Source: an uncultured Spirochaetota bacterium (GTDB lineage Bacteria > Spirochaetota > Spirochaetia > SZUA-6 > Fen-1364). Taken from it: DNA of 64,000 nt. The notes beneath the pieces are model-generated. The model ran no database searches. It was not told the origin of the DNA and was given only the letters and a program-made list of their open reading frames with translations. Of the stretch, positions 38,149-47,776 are shown in pieces; position 1 is the stretch's first letter; each line of letters begins with the position of its first letter. Location: positions 443,358 to 507,357 of the forward strand of contig CAWJSK010000019.1 of assembly GCA_963845535.1 (NCBI GenBank), in the 5' to 3' direction. Made by a program: the position numbers and the translations under genes.

Positions 38149-39825
38149 TCATCCGCGCGTCGTAGTGGAGCTGATTTCTGCGTCGATAAGATAAGGCCCC
38201 CCGCTTGCAAATCCGCGCTGAAGCGCTGCACCGACATCGGTCGCTTTGATCACATGCTCGCCCGGCACGCCGAGAGAACGGGCCAGTGCAACGTGATCGA
38301 TGGGCGGTCGATCGAGATCCATTCCAACAAAGGTGTCATCGCACGCGGAGAAGCCCTTGAGTGAGAGCACGCGCTGTTTCAGAATGCGATAGCATGCGTT
38401 GTTGAAGATGACAAAAACAACCGCAATTGACTCCCGCGCAGCGGTCCAGAGAGCCTGGATTGTGTACATCGCGCTGCCATCACCGAGGAGAGCCACCACC
38501 GGACGACCCGGAAGCGCCAGTTTAATCCCCATCGCCGCAGGAAGGCCCCAGCCGATACCCCCGCCCCTCATCCCGAAGAGTGCCTTCGAGTCGGCGCATG
38601 GAAAAAACCAACGGATGCCTTCTACGGAGGAGAGGACTTCCTCGACAACCGTTGCGTCTCGCGGGACGTTCGCCGCGATCGCCTGAACGAGAGTAAGAGG
38701 CGAAATCGGGGTGTGCGCAGAATCCTTTGCCGCGCGATCGTTCAGTTCCTTCAGAACGCGCTCGTGCGCGGCGCCGGCCGCTGCCCTTCTTCGGGCCGCC
38801 TCCGCATGGCCATCCGGGGTCGTGTGTCGGCGAAATGCCTCTGTGAGCTCCGGCAGAGTTGCCTTTGGGTCCCCCTGAAGGGCGACGGCCGCGGGATAGT
38901 TCTTGCCCAGCTCCCATGGGTCCTGGTCGAGATGGACAACCGTGAGCCCCTGAGGCAAAGGGTCAATCTCATCGGGCAAAGAGAGGGTGAAGAGATCCGC
39001 GCCAACCGAAAAAAGCAGATCGTGGCGACTGAGAAGCGTCCGAATCTGGGGGGCAAGTCGGGACATGGACCCAGCATACTGCGGGTGAGTGAAAGGGAAT
39101 GCACACGTCGAGGCCATGCACTCGTTGATCACCGGGCAGCCGACAAGCTCCGCGAGCTCCACAAGCTCGACGAGCGAATCACTGAGGGCAACAGCGTCTC
39201 CTGCCACAATGAGTGGGCGCTCGGCGTTGGCCAAAAGACGCGCCGCCTGATCAATGGCCGAGCGATCTGCGACTGTCCCCGAAGCGATCCTCGTGGGACA
39301 TAAGAGATCGAAGTCGCGTTCGGCGTTCAGCACGTCGACTGGGAGGGAAAGGAAGACTGGTCCTCTCGGATGAGAAAGAGCCGTTTTTGTTGCGCGACGC
39401 AACAGGCGCGGAAGGTCCTCCGCCCTGCGGACTTCTGCGGACCATTTCACGAAAGGCGCCGCCATGGGAGGAAGATCGGCCCACACAACAGGCTCGGTGG
39501 CGGTGAAGGACTGGTCGTGTTGGCCCGCTGTCAGGAGAAGGGGAGCTCCTGACTTCTGAGCGTTGTAGAGCATACCGAGAGCGTTGCCGAGTCCCGGAGC
39601 GATATGTACATTCGCGACCGCGAGGTCACCGCTCGCTGTGGCGAACCCGTCCGCCATTGCCACGGCCACTGACTCGTGGAGAGCCAGCACGTAGCGGATG
39701 GCCGGCTCACGGACAAGAGCGTCCATGAGCGGCAGTTCCGTCGTGCCAGGGTTGCCGAAAATGAATCCGACCCCTTCCTGTTTGAGAATCTCGAGGAAAG
39801 CCTGCTTCCCGGTCATCTGAGCCAT
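38149..39825 (-). CDS. ThDP-dependent decarboxylase, benzoylformate decarboxylase-like
   Basis: FGNPGTTELP, HE..AV.MADG, H.APGLGN, GDGSAMY...NNACY. Confidence 0.9.
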   Translation of the reverse strand: MAQMTGKQAFLEILKQEGVGFIFGNPGTTELPLMDALVREPAIRYVLALHESVAVAMADGFATASGDLAVANVHIAPGLGNALGMLYNAQKSGAPLLLTAGQHDQSFTATEPVVWADLPPMAAPFVKWSAEVRRAEDLPRLLRRATKTALSHPRGPVFLSLPVDVLNAERDFDLLCPTRIASGTVADRSAIDQAARLLANAERPLIVAGDAVALSDSLVELVELAELVGCPVINECMASTCAFPFTHPQYAGSMSRLAPQIRTLLSRHDLLFSVGADLFTLSLPDEIDPLPQGLTVVHLDQDPWELGKNYPAAVALQGDPKATLPELTEAFRRHTTPDGHAEAARRRAAAGAAHERVLKELNDRAAKDSAHTPISPLTLVQAIAANVPRDATVVEEVLSSVEGIRWFFPCADSKALFGMRGGGIGWGLPAAMGIKLALPGRPVVALLGDGSAMYTIQALWTAARESIAVVFVIFNNACYRILKQRVLSLKGFSACDDTFVGMDLDRPPIDHVALARSLGVPGEHVIKATDVGAALQRGFASGGPYLIDAEISSTTTRG

Positions 39826-39930
39826 GATCAGCTATCATATGCCCGATGCCAAGAACACGCCACTCAAACGTGAAAAACCCCGATCCGCGATGAAGGGCTC
39901 CACGATGCTGAATACGTTTATATTATCGCC

Positions 39931-40167
39931 ATGGCCAATGGACGCATTAAAATCCGCCTGCATGCCTCCCTGCGGAAATGGGAACCGATTCCAGCCGTCA
40001 GCTGCGAGATAATGGGAGAGAAAACGGTTCGAAGTTTCCTTCTGGATGCCGGTATACCGGAACACGAGGCAGTCATTATAATCGTCAATGGCAGACGCGC
40101 CAGGCTTGAGACGAAACTATCGGATGGCGACACGCTTAGCCTGTTCCCTCTTATTGGAGGCGGCTGA
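39931..40167 (+). CDS. MoaD/ThiS-family ubiquitin-like protein
   Basis: 78 aa; IIVNG, LSDGD.LSLFP, C-terminal IGGG. Confidence 0.85.
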   Translation: MANGRIKIRLHASLRKWEPIPAVSCEIMGEKTVRSFLLDAGIPEHEAVIIIVNGRRARLETKLSDGDTLSLFPLIGGG

Positions 40168-40185
40168 GACCAGCCGAGGTGGAAA

Positions 40186-41316
40186 ATGCAGGTTCCTTTT
40201 GATGCGGCCAAACTAGACCGTTTGATGGAAGATGCAGACCTGTCTCTGGTGCTTGCGAGCAGCCGTCACAATGTGAGGTATCTGACCGGCGGGTATTACT
40301 ACCACTTCCACGCGAACTCGACGCGAATGGGGAGGAGCCGATATCTCCCCTTTGTGGGAGTCCCCGCGAAACGCATACCGGACTCGTTTTACGTCGCTCG
40401 GGCGGAGGAACGTGGCCAGCTGGAATCCGAAGGGCTGTGGGTCCCTACTGTCGTGGAAGCGATTCGAGGGACCGTGACGGCCGCCAAGGGCGTCATGACA
40501 ATGATACGCCGTCTCGGCTTGACGTCGTCGCGAATGGGCGTCGAGTTTCCGTTCCTCCCCGCCGACGCGTTTATTGCGTTGCGGCAGGAGCTTCCTGAAG
40601 CTGTGTTCGTGGATGCGACGCCGATCTTTGATGAGCTCAGGGCCGTGAAGAATGAAAGGGAGGTGTCGATTCTGAGAAACGTCTACGCCGGGGTCGCTGA
40701 ATCCATTCAAGCTGCATTCCGTGGCAGCCATGCAGGAGAGTCTACTCTTCAGATTGCCCAGCGCGTCGAACGAGAGATGGCCGCGAGGGCAATCTCATTC
40801 CTGTTCTCCTTCGTGTGTGCCGGTCCGGGATTCTTGAGGGCGCCGTCTTCCACGAAATGGGAAAACGGGCAGGTGCTCCACATTGACGCAGGTGGAAATC
40901 AGCAGGACTATATTGCAGATATTTGCAGGATGGGGTGCGTCGGCGAACCGTCTGCTCTTGCCAAAGAATTGCATCAAGCCTGCATTGAAGTGATAGATCA
41001 CGTGAGAAGCGTCGTTCGGCCAGGAGTGGCCTGCCGCAATGTCTTAGAAACGGGAGAGGCGGCCTCACGGCGCTACCGATTTTCCTCTTACGCACGTTTC
41101 GTCGTGCATTCAATCGGCATGGTTCCCTACGAGCAACCTGCGTTCTCTCATGAGACCACGCGGACCTTGGAGAAGGGAATGGTATTGTCGATTGAAACGG
41201 ATTTTCTTCACCCCCAAGCAGGTCACGTAAAAATCGAAGATGCCGTTGTCGTCACTGAAACGGGCTGCGAAGGCCTTGGCGACCTTGGAAGAGAATGGCA
41301 GATAGTCGCTGTCTGA
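40186..41316 (+). CDS. M24 (pita-bread fold) peptidase/amidohydrolase
   Basis: NVRYLTG, LRAVK, IDAGG, ADICR, HSIG, SIET, KIED. Confidence 0.88.
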   Translation: MQVPFDAAKLDRLMEDADLSLVLASSRHNVRYLTGGYYYHFHANSTRMGRSRYLPFVGVPAKRIPDSFYVARAEERGQLESEGLWVPTVVEAIRGTVTAAKGVMTMIRRLGLTSSRMGVEFPFLPADAFIALRQELPEAVFVDATPIFDELRAVKNEREVSILRNVYAGVAESIQAAFRGSHAGESTLQIAQRVEREMAARAISFLFSFVCAGPGFLRAPSSTKWENGQVLHIDAGGNQQDYIADICRMGCVGEPSALAKELHQACIEVIDHVRSVVRPGVACRNVLETGEAASRRYRFSSYARFVVHSIGMVPYEQPAFSHETTRTLEKGMVLSIETDFLHPQAGHVKIEDAVVVTETGCEGLGDLGREWQIVAV

Positions 41317-41360
41317 TCGGGCTAGAATAAATCCATAAATCCGCTACGAAAAAATTCTGA

Positions 41361-41413
41361 TTGACATGACATGGGATTACGTTGTAATATCGCAAATATA
41401 TCAGTGATATATT
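41361..41413 (+). promoter_or_regulatory. Sigma70-like promoter with a downstream palindromic operator for the GntR operon
   Basis: TTGACA (41361) - 18 nt - TAATAT; perfect palindrome AATATATCA-G-TGATATATT at 41395-41413. Confidence 0.65.
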
Positions 41414-41478
41414 GCACGTATGTAGCGGAACCTGATGGAAGCTGCGTCATGGCAACGCGAAAGGAAGGGCGAGGAGAA

Positions 41479-42165
41479 ATGGTCAGGACGAAACGCGCCG
41501 CAAGAGAGTTGGTGACGAACAAGAAGAACAGGGTCTACGAAATCCTCAGGGACAGGATCGTCAACAATGTGCTCAAGCCCCAGGAGTTTCTGAATGAGCA
41601 AGCCCTCAGTGAGGACCTCGAGGTCAGCAAGACACCTATCCGGGAGGCTTTGCAGCAACTGGAGCACAGTCGACTGGTCGTAATCATCCCCAATAAGGGC
41701 TGCTACGTTGCCAATATCAGCATAGACAGGATTCGGGAGATCTTCGAGATCAGGACAATTCTTGAATGCGCAGCGGCCAGGCTCGCCGCCTCACTGCCAA
41801 ACCGTGAAAGCTTCCTCGCGTTCTCGGAAAGCAATAACTCCGCAGATTCCAGGGATGGCGAGGAGCTGCGTCGGAGGCTCATCTCAGGATACCAGATCCA
41901 CACAAAAATCGTGGAAGCAGTCGGGAACAGCTACCTGACTGACTACTATCGGACCATCCTGGACAACATCGTCCAGATCCGCGTCTATTTCCTCAGCAGG
42001 TTCGGGCCGAAGCGACTCCATGAGACCATAGATGAGCACAAGAAGATCCTGCGGGCAATCGCGGCCGGGGATGCCAATGGCGCGGAGAATGCCATGCGGG
42101 AGCATTTGAATGCCGCGCTGAAGAACATCAACCGGCTCATGCTCGGAAGCAGGGAGGAACTATGA
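41479..42165 (+). CDS. GntR/FCD family transcriptional regulator
   Basis: VSKTPIREAL wHTH; R..LE; H..I....GN; EH..I..AI; MREHL. Confidence 0.92.
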   Translation: MVRTKRAARELVTNKKNRVYEILRDRIVNNVLKPQEFLNEQALSEDLEVSKTPIREALQQLEHSRLVVIIPNKGCYVANISIDRIREIFEIRTILECAAARLAASLPNRESFLAFSESNNSADSRDGEELRRRLISGYQIHTKIVEAVGNSYLTDYYRTILDNIVQIRVYFLSRFGPKRLHETIDEHKKILRAIAAGDANGAENAMREHLNAALKNINRLMLGSREEL

Positions 42166-42842
42166 TTCACGTTTGCAAGGAGACCCGGAGGGTAGACGCT
42201 GCTCTCGTCGAGAAGTTCCGGGCCTTGGACGTGGCAACCGTTTACGAAGCTTCCGGAAGAAAGGGCTTCATTGACAACACAATCAAGCCGGCCGCACGGG
42301 GCACCCGGGTCTGCGGCCCGGCGTTTACGGTGCAATGCGCTCCTGGTGACAATCTCATGCTTCACAAGGCCCTCCAATGCGCGACCGCCGGAGATGCCCT
42401 CGTTGCCAGCGTCGGGGCACAGCCGGACTTCGGTTATTGGGGCGCGTTGATGGCAACCGCGGCAGTGGCAAAGGGACTGGCGGGATTGGCAATCGACGGG
42501 TGCATCAGGGACTCCGCAGAGATCATCAAGATGGGGTTCCCGGTCTTCTGCCGCGGCTTCTGCATCAAGGGGACCACGAAATCCGTGCTCGGGCTCATCA
42601 ACTATCCTCTGAACTTCGGGCAAATCACCATCTTCCCCGGTGACCTGATTCTTGGGGATGACGACGGGATGGTGGTCGTTCGCTTCGAAGAATGCGAGGA
42701 CGTACTGCAAAAGTCCCTGAAAAGGGTCGAGCTCGAAGACACCAAGGCCAAGCAACTCAAAAAAGGCGTGTCCAGCGTAGAGCTGAACAGCCTGGATAAG
42801 GTGTTCGAGTCCCTCGGCATGATGGAAGAGGGCCGGCAGTGA
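42162..42842 (+). CDS. RraA family / 4-hydroxy-4-methyl-2-oxoglutarate (HMG/CHA) aldolase
   Basis: VATVYEA, CGPAFTV, GDNLMLH, YWGALM, DGCIRD, PGDLILGDDDG. Confidence 0.88.
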   Translation: MIHVCKETRRVDAALVEKFRALDVATVYEASGRKGFIDNTIKPAARGTRVCGPAFTVQCAPGDNLMLHKALQCATAGDALVASVGAQPDFGYWGALMATAAVAKGLAGLAIDGCIRDSAEIIKMGFPVFCRGFCIKGTTKSVLGLINYPLNFGQITIFPGDLILGDDDGMVVVRFEECEDVLQKSLKRVELEDTKAKQLKKGVSSVELNSLDKVFESLGMMEEGRQ

Positions 42843-43909
42843 GGATTGCCCAGAGCGCCCTGCTTGCCGCGGCCAAGGAGATTCTCGTCCTGCTGGGGGA
42901 GGAAACGGAAAGCGCGCGCGTTGCCTCGGAAGCTCTCGTGACGGCTGACATGCGCGGAATCAGCACGCATGGGGTCAACCTCTTGCGCATGATGTCAGAA
43001 CGGGTCTCGGCCAGGATGCTGGCCATGCCGACGCGCGTCGACGTCATCGCAGATGACGCGACAACCGCCGTTCTGGACGGAAACAACGGCCTCGGGCAGG
43101 TGGCAGCCCACCGCGGGTTGCGTCTGAGCGTGGAGAAGGCCAGGCGCAGCGGCCTTGGAATGGTTTGCTTGCGCAATACCAACAACATAGGCGCTCTGGG
43201 CTATTTCACGTCCTTGGCCGCTGATCGTGACGGCGTTGCATCAATCGTCATGACGAACGGGAACCCTTCGGTTGCGCCCTATGGCAGCGCGGAGCCCTTT
43301 TTTGGCACAAACCCGCTCTCCATCGGCGTCCCCGCCCTTCCAGGCCGCCCGCTTGTCCTTGATATGTCATCCAGCGTCGTCGCGCGCGGCAAGATCCGGC
43401 TGGCTTCCCTGAGCGGTGAGAGCATCCCGTCGGGCTGGGCCCTTGACGATACCGGAGCGCCCACCTGTGATCCAGCGCTTGCCCTGAAGGGTTGCCTGTT
43501 GCCTCTGGGCGGCCCCAAAGGCTCGGGTCTGGCCATGATGATCGACATTTTCTCGGGAATGATCTCTGGCTCGGCCTATGGAAGGGGATTGAAAAGCTTT
43601 CACGGGCTGGACGGCGCCACGGGCGTCGGGGCCTGCTTTATCAGCATTGATATCGAAAGGTTCGTGGGTTCCGAATCCTTCGCCGCGAAAATGGCGGAGT
43701 ACATCCAGGAGATCAAAGGACTCCGAAAGCAGGAGGGCGTAGCGGAGATCCTGCTGCCGGGCGAGGTCGAGTGGAAAAAGCAGGAGGAAAGCCGTCGCGC
43801 TGGAATCGAGATTCCGGATTCCGTGGCAAAAGGCCTGGACCAGGTGCTGGCCAGGCTTGGCAGCCGCCTGAGCCTCATTTCCGCGCCTGAGAAGGAACTG
43901 CGGGAATGA
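42839..43909 (+). CDS. Ldh_2 family (malate/L-sulfolactate/ureidoglycolate-type) oxidoreductase
   Basis: DMRGISTHG, DGNNGLG, GTNPLSIG, LDMSSS, GGPKGSGL, LPGE. Confidence 0.9.
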   Translation: MRIAQSALLAAAKEILVLLGEETESARVASEALVTADMRGISTHGVNLLRMMSERVSARMLAMPTRVDVIADDATTAVLDGNNGLGQVAAHRGLRLSVEKARRSGLGMVCLRNTNNIGALGYFTSLAADRDGVASIVMTNGNPSVAPYGSAEPFFGTNPLSIGVPALPGRPLVLDMSSSVVARGKIRLASLSGESIPSGWALDDTGAPTCDPALALKGCLLPLGGPKGSGLAMMIDIFSGMISGSAYGRGLKSFHGLDGATGVGACFISIDIERFVGSESFAAKMAEYIQEIKGLRKQEGVAEILLPGEVEWKKQEESRRAGIEIPDSVAKGLDQVLARLGSRLSLISAPEKELRE

Positions 43910-45639
43910 AGTCCATAATCCGCGTTGACACGCGCGCGCGGCGGATAGTCGCCACGGAAGCCTCCCGTGAAGAGCTGCACTGGGGAGGTCGGTCTCTGAT
44001 TGCACACTTCCTTCTTCGGGAGGTGCCGCCGGCGTGCGAGCCCACCGGAAGGAGAAACAAGCTCATTTTTGCCTCAGGGCTCCTTGCGGACACCGGCGTT
44101 ACCACCGCCGGACAGCTGTCAATCGGCGGGAAGAGCCCGCTCACCGGCGGCGTGAAGGAGAGCAACGTCGGCGGCTACGCCGGGAGAAGGCTTGCCCGAC
44201 TGGGCATACGAGCGCTGATCCTGGAGGACACGCCGCTGAGTCCGACGACGGATGTCCTGGTCATTACAGCCAAGGGAGCGCGCCTGGAGCCGGCCCCGGA
44301 CCTGGCAGGCAAGCTGGTGGATGAGACAGTCGCCGCTCTGCGCGCGAAATACGGAAGCAGCGTTGGCATTTTCTGCACTGGTCCCGCTGGTGAGATGGTC
44401 ATGTATGGGGCCGGGATCGCGTGTCCTGACAACAATGACGTCCAGATCCGATATGCCGCGCGGGGCGGGCTGGGCGCGCTCATGGGGTCCAAGGGAATCA
44501 AGGCCATCGTCCTTGACGACTCGGAAACCACCTATGCAGCCGAGCCCTTCGACAAGGACCTTCTGCAGCAGACCGGAAAGTGGATGTCGGAAGCTTTGCT
44601 CCAGGATCCCAAGACGGAAAACCGGCACCTGTACGGAACGCCCGCCATCCTGGCGCTGGCCAACGCCTCAGGTCTGCTGCCCACGCGCAACTTCTCAAGC
44701 GGAGAGTTCGAGCGGGCGGACGCGATTGCCGGTGAACGGGTGCGGGACGAGATCCTGGCGCGCGGCGGAGAAGGGCAGGCCGGCACGCCCTGCGTTGCCG
44801 GCTGCGTGATCCGCTGCAGCAACGTGTTTCCCGACAAGAGCGGAAAGAAAATCGTTGCCTCTATCCAGTATGAGAACATCTCCCTTCTGGGTTCCAACTG
44901 TGGAATCGGAAGCCTGGACGACATTGCGGAGATGAACCGTCTCTGCAACCAGGTCGGGGTGGACGCCATCGAAACCGGCGCCGCAATCGGCGTGGCCATG
45001 GAAGCGGGTGTCATCGAATTCGGAGACGCGGAAGGCGCAAAAGATCTGATCCGCCAGATCGGCCGGGGTACGTACCTGGGCCGCATCCTGGGGCATGGGG
45101 CCCAGTTGACGGGAAGGGTTCTGGGCGTGCGCAGGATTCCCGTCATCAAAGGCCAGGCCATTCCCGGGTACGACCCCCGGGCGCTCAAGGGGAATGGCGT
45201 CACCTATGTCACGTCACCCATGGGAGCGGACCACACTGCCGGGAACGCGTTCGAGACCTTGAAGACCCTGGACCCTTTGAAGCCGGAGGGGCAGATCGCG
45301 GCCTCCCGGAAGCTGCAGATACGGGCCGCCCTCCTGGACACCCTTGGGCTCTGCCTGTTCGTGAGACCGCCCTTCCTGAAAAAGCCCGAGATGTTTGCCG
45401 CGCTGCTGAAGGGAAGATACGGGTGGGAAATGACGGTGCGCGACGTCGTGGGGTTGGCCTATGACGTGATCACGACGGAGCGGGAGTTTAACAGGCGGGC
45501 GGGGGCTTCCGACGAGTTCCACCCCATCCCCGAGTTCATGCAGGACGAGCCCCTGCCGCCTACGAATTCCGTCTTCGACGTGCCGGACGCCGAAATGCGG
45601 GCCATGTGGGACGGCTACGAACCCGCTGACCAGCTTTGA
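43906..45639 (+). CDS. Aldehyde:ferredoxin oxidoreductase (W/Mo-bis-pterin)
   Basis: KSPLTGGVKESN.GG, GPAGE, AARGGLGA.MGSKG.KA, CVAGCVIRC, YE, DAIETG, YDPR, GADH, GLC. Confidence 0.92.
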   Translation: MKSIIRVDTRARRIVATEASREELHWGGRSLIAHFLLREVPPACEPTGRRNKLIFASGLLADTGVTTAGQLSIGGKSPLTGGVKESNVGGYAGRRLARLGIRALILEDTPLSPTTDVLVITAKGARLEPAPDLAGKLVDETVAALRAKYGSSVGIFCTGPAGEMVMYGAGIACPDNNDVQIRYAARGGLGALMGSKGIKAIVLDDSETTYAAEPFDKDLLQQTGKWMSEALLQDPKTENRHLYGTPAILALANASGLLPTRNFSSGEFERADAIAGERVRDEILARGGEGQAGTPCVAGCVIRCSNVFPDKSGKKIVASIQYENISLLGSNCGIGSLDDIAEMNRLCNQVGVDAIETGAAIGVAMEAGVIEFGDAEGAKDLIRQIGRGTYLGRILGHGAQLTGRVLGVRRIPVIKGQAIPGYDPRALKGNGVTYVTSPMGADHTAGNAFETLKTLDPLKPEGQIAASRKLQIRAALLDTLGLCLFVRPPFLKKPEMFAALLKGRYGWEMTVRDVVGLAYDVITTEREFNRRAGASDEFHPIPEFMQDEPLPPTNSVFDVPDAEMRAMWDGYEPADQL

Positions 45640-45657
45640 AAGGGAGGAGCGAACGGC

Positions 45658-46404
45658 ATGGAAATTGAGAGCAGCATAGTCGTTGTGACCGGTGCCGGAA
45701 ACGGAATTGGGGCCGCCATCGCTGAAAGGTTGTTCGCGGAAGGGGCCCTGGTTTCCCTCTGGGACCTCGATCTCGAATCCGTACAAAAGCTTGCCCGGGC
45801 GCTGGATCCGAAGGGCAAGAAAGCCGCGGCTTTCAAGGTCAACGTCACCGTCGAAGAGGAGGTCACCGCGGCGGTGCGGCAGACCCTGGACAGGTTTAGC
45901 CGCATTGATGTTCTCGTCAACAACGCAGGCATCTCCCGCCACAAGCCAATCGAGGAGATGAGCGTGGAGCTCTTCGAGCAGGTGCTGTCCGTGAACCTCA
46001 CGGGGCCGTTCATCTGCTGCAAGGCCGTGGCGCCTGTCATGAAGAAGCAGAACCACGGGAAGATCGTCAATATCGCATCGCTGGGGGGGAGAACGGGAAG
46101 GCCAGGCGTGGGCGTAAATTACGCCGCCTCGAAGGCAGGCCTGATTGGCATGACAAAATGTCTGGCCAGGGAACTGGGGATGAGCAACATCTGCGTGAAC
46201 GCCATCTGCCCCGGTCCCATCCTCACGGAACAGACCAAACAGTATTCGAAGGAAGTGTTCGCTTCCTGGAACGTCGGACGCGCCGTGCCAAAGGACGGCC
46301 TGCCGGCGGACGTCGCGGACGCAGTGATCTTTCTTTCGTCAAAGAGGGCGGATTGGGTAACAGGGGTTGCTCTCGATGTCAACGGGGGGATCTACATCAA
46401 CTAG
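45658..46404 (+). CDS. SDR family NAD(P)-dependent oxidoreductase
   Basis: TGAGNGIG, NNAG, YAASK, PG, DVNGG. Confidence 0.93.
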   Translation: MEIESSIVVVTGAGNGIGAAIAERLFAEGALVSLWDLDLESVQKLARALDPKGKKAAAFKVNVTVEEEVTAAVRQTLDRFSRIDVLVNNAGISRHKPIEEMSVELFEQVLSVNLTGPFICCKAVAPVMKKQNHGKIVNIASLGGRTGRPGVGVNYAASKAGLIGMTKCLARELGMSNICVNAICPGPILTEQTKQYSKEVFASWNVGRAVPKDGLPADVADAVIFLSSKRADWVTGVALDVNGGIYIN

Positions 46405-46421
46405 AGAGAGGAGATCTCAGC

Positions 46422-46787
46422 ATGTCAGGATTGAAGGTCGTGGACATGAACAAGGTGGAGCCGGAAAGAAAGACGCCTCCGCGGGCATCCTGGCTTCTCA
46501 TTTCGGAAAAGACGGTTGGCTCGAAGAACCTCGCCCTGGGCGTCAATGAGACGGAGCCCGGCTCCATGGTCCCGGAGCATCTCCATGAAAGCGAAGAGGA
46601 GGTAATGCTCTTCCTCGAAGGAGAGGGAAAGTTCATCACGAAAGACCAGGAGATCGATCTGAAGCCGGGGATCTGCGTGTACAACCCTCCGGGGTCCACC
46701 CACAAGATCGTCAACACGGGAACGACGAAGCTCAAGTTTGTGTGGGTGTACGCGCCGCAATTGAAGAGCCACCTCATTTCACACTAG
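46422..46787 (+). CDS. Cupin domain protein
   Basis: Start at MSGLKVV after GAGGAG; PEHLHESEEEV...G.G; PPG.THKIVNTG. Confidence 0.88.
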   Translation: MSGLKVVDMNKVEPERKTPPRASWLLISEKTVGSKNLALGVNETEPGSMVPEHLHESEEEVMLFLEGEGKFITKDQEIDLKPGICVYNPPGSTHKIVNTGTTKLKFVWVYAPQLKSHLISH

Positions 46788-46801
46788 AAAGGAGACCAGC
46801 C

Positions 46802-47767
46802 ATGCCGAATTGGAGCCTGCCGCCCAGAGAAGGGCACATGGAAAAGCCAACCAAGATTTACTTCCAGACAATGACCAAGTATGACGTCGAAGAGCGGTTG
46901 AGGAAGAACGATATCATCCTGCTGCCCATCGGATCCACGGAGAACCACGGACAGGCGGGTCCGTATGGAGAGGACACGTTCATTGTCACAAGGATCGCGG
47001 AGATGGTGGCCCAGGCAACGGGCTGCACCGTGGCCGAGCCCATGTGGTATGGATCGCACCCCTTTCATCATATCGGTCAACCGGGGACAGTCCCGCTTCC
47101 CGACAACGTCTTCGCTGACCATATCAGGTCCATGATTTCCGGGTTCTGGAACACCGGATTTCGGAAGCAGATTTTCCTGAGCATGCACGGCCAGGAGTAT
47201 GCCCTTCCTACCGCCATCCAGGAGTGGGGCAAGAAATACCAGGTCCCCGCCATCATCATCTTCCTTGATCTGCCCCGAATCATGGGCACGGACTTGAAGG
47301 ACAAGGCGCACGGCGGACCTTTTGAAACCCCCTTCCAGCACGCGGACGAGGCTGAGACGTCCATCTCAATGGCGCTGTTCCCGGAGATGTGCCAGCTCGA
47401 GCACGCGGAAGATACCAAGCTCGGCGGCTTCCTCCCGCCCGGGCACGTGGACAGGGGCGGAGACATCTACGGCAATCCCATACCCGGACACTGCATTGTT
47501 GGAGGAACCGGCATCGAGTGCGTCACATTCCCCGAGGGGGTCCTCGGAAAGGCCACCCTCGCGGAACCCACCAAGGCCTACAAAGCCATCGAGAACGTCC
47601 TGAACTACATGGTGAAGCTCCATGACGACATCATGACCAGGTTCCCCGTGGGCCAACTGCCGGAGATCAAGCTCATGACGCAGAGAAGCGAAGAGGAGGT
47701 CGAGTCGATCCTGCGAGGCCCCACGAAAGGCGGCCGGCATCTCTACACGATTGCGTGGCCGAGCTAG
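46802..47767 (+). CDS. iolN: Creatininase-family ring hydrolase, 3-dehydro-scyllo-inosose hydrolase (IolN)-like
   Basis: IYFQTMT, PIGSTENHG..GED, WYGSHP.HHIG.PGT, GFWNTGFRKQI, HGQE, HADEAETS, PEGV.GKATLA closely match my recollection of Thermotoga IolN. Confidence 0.8.
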   Translation: MPNWSLPPREGHMEKPTKIYFQTMTKYDVEERLRKNDIILLPIGSTENHGQAGPYGEDTFIVTRIAEMVAQATGCTVAEPMWYGSHPFHHIGQPGTVPLPDNVFADHIRSMISGFWNTGFRKQIFLSMHGQEYALPTAIQEWGKKYQVPAIIIFLDLPRIMGTDLKDKAHGGPFETPFQHADEAETSISMALFPEMCQLEHAEDTKLGGFLPPGHVDRGGDIYGNPIPGHCIVGGTGIECVTFPEGVLGKATLAEPTKAYKAIENVLNYMVKLHDDIMTRFPVGQLPEIKLMTQRSEEEVESILRGPTKGGRHLYTIAWPS

Positions 47768-47776
47768 GACGCACCG

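Noticed and set aside
39931-40167. Ubiquitin-like protein as part of a bacterial ubiquitination/defence system
   Set aside because: No E1, E2 or JAB genes; the nearby AOR explains a MoaD-like protein
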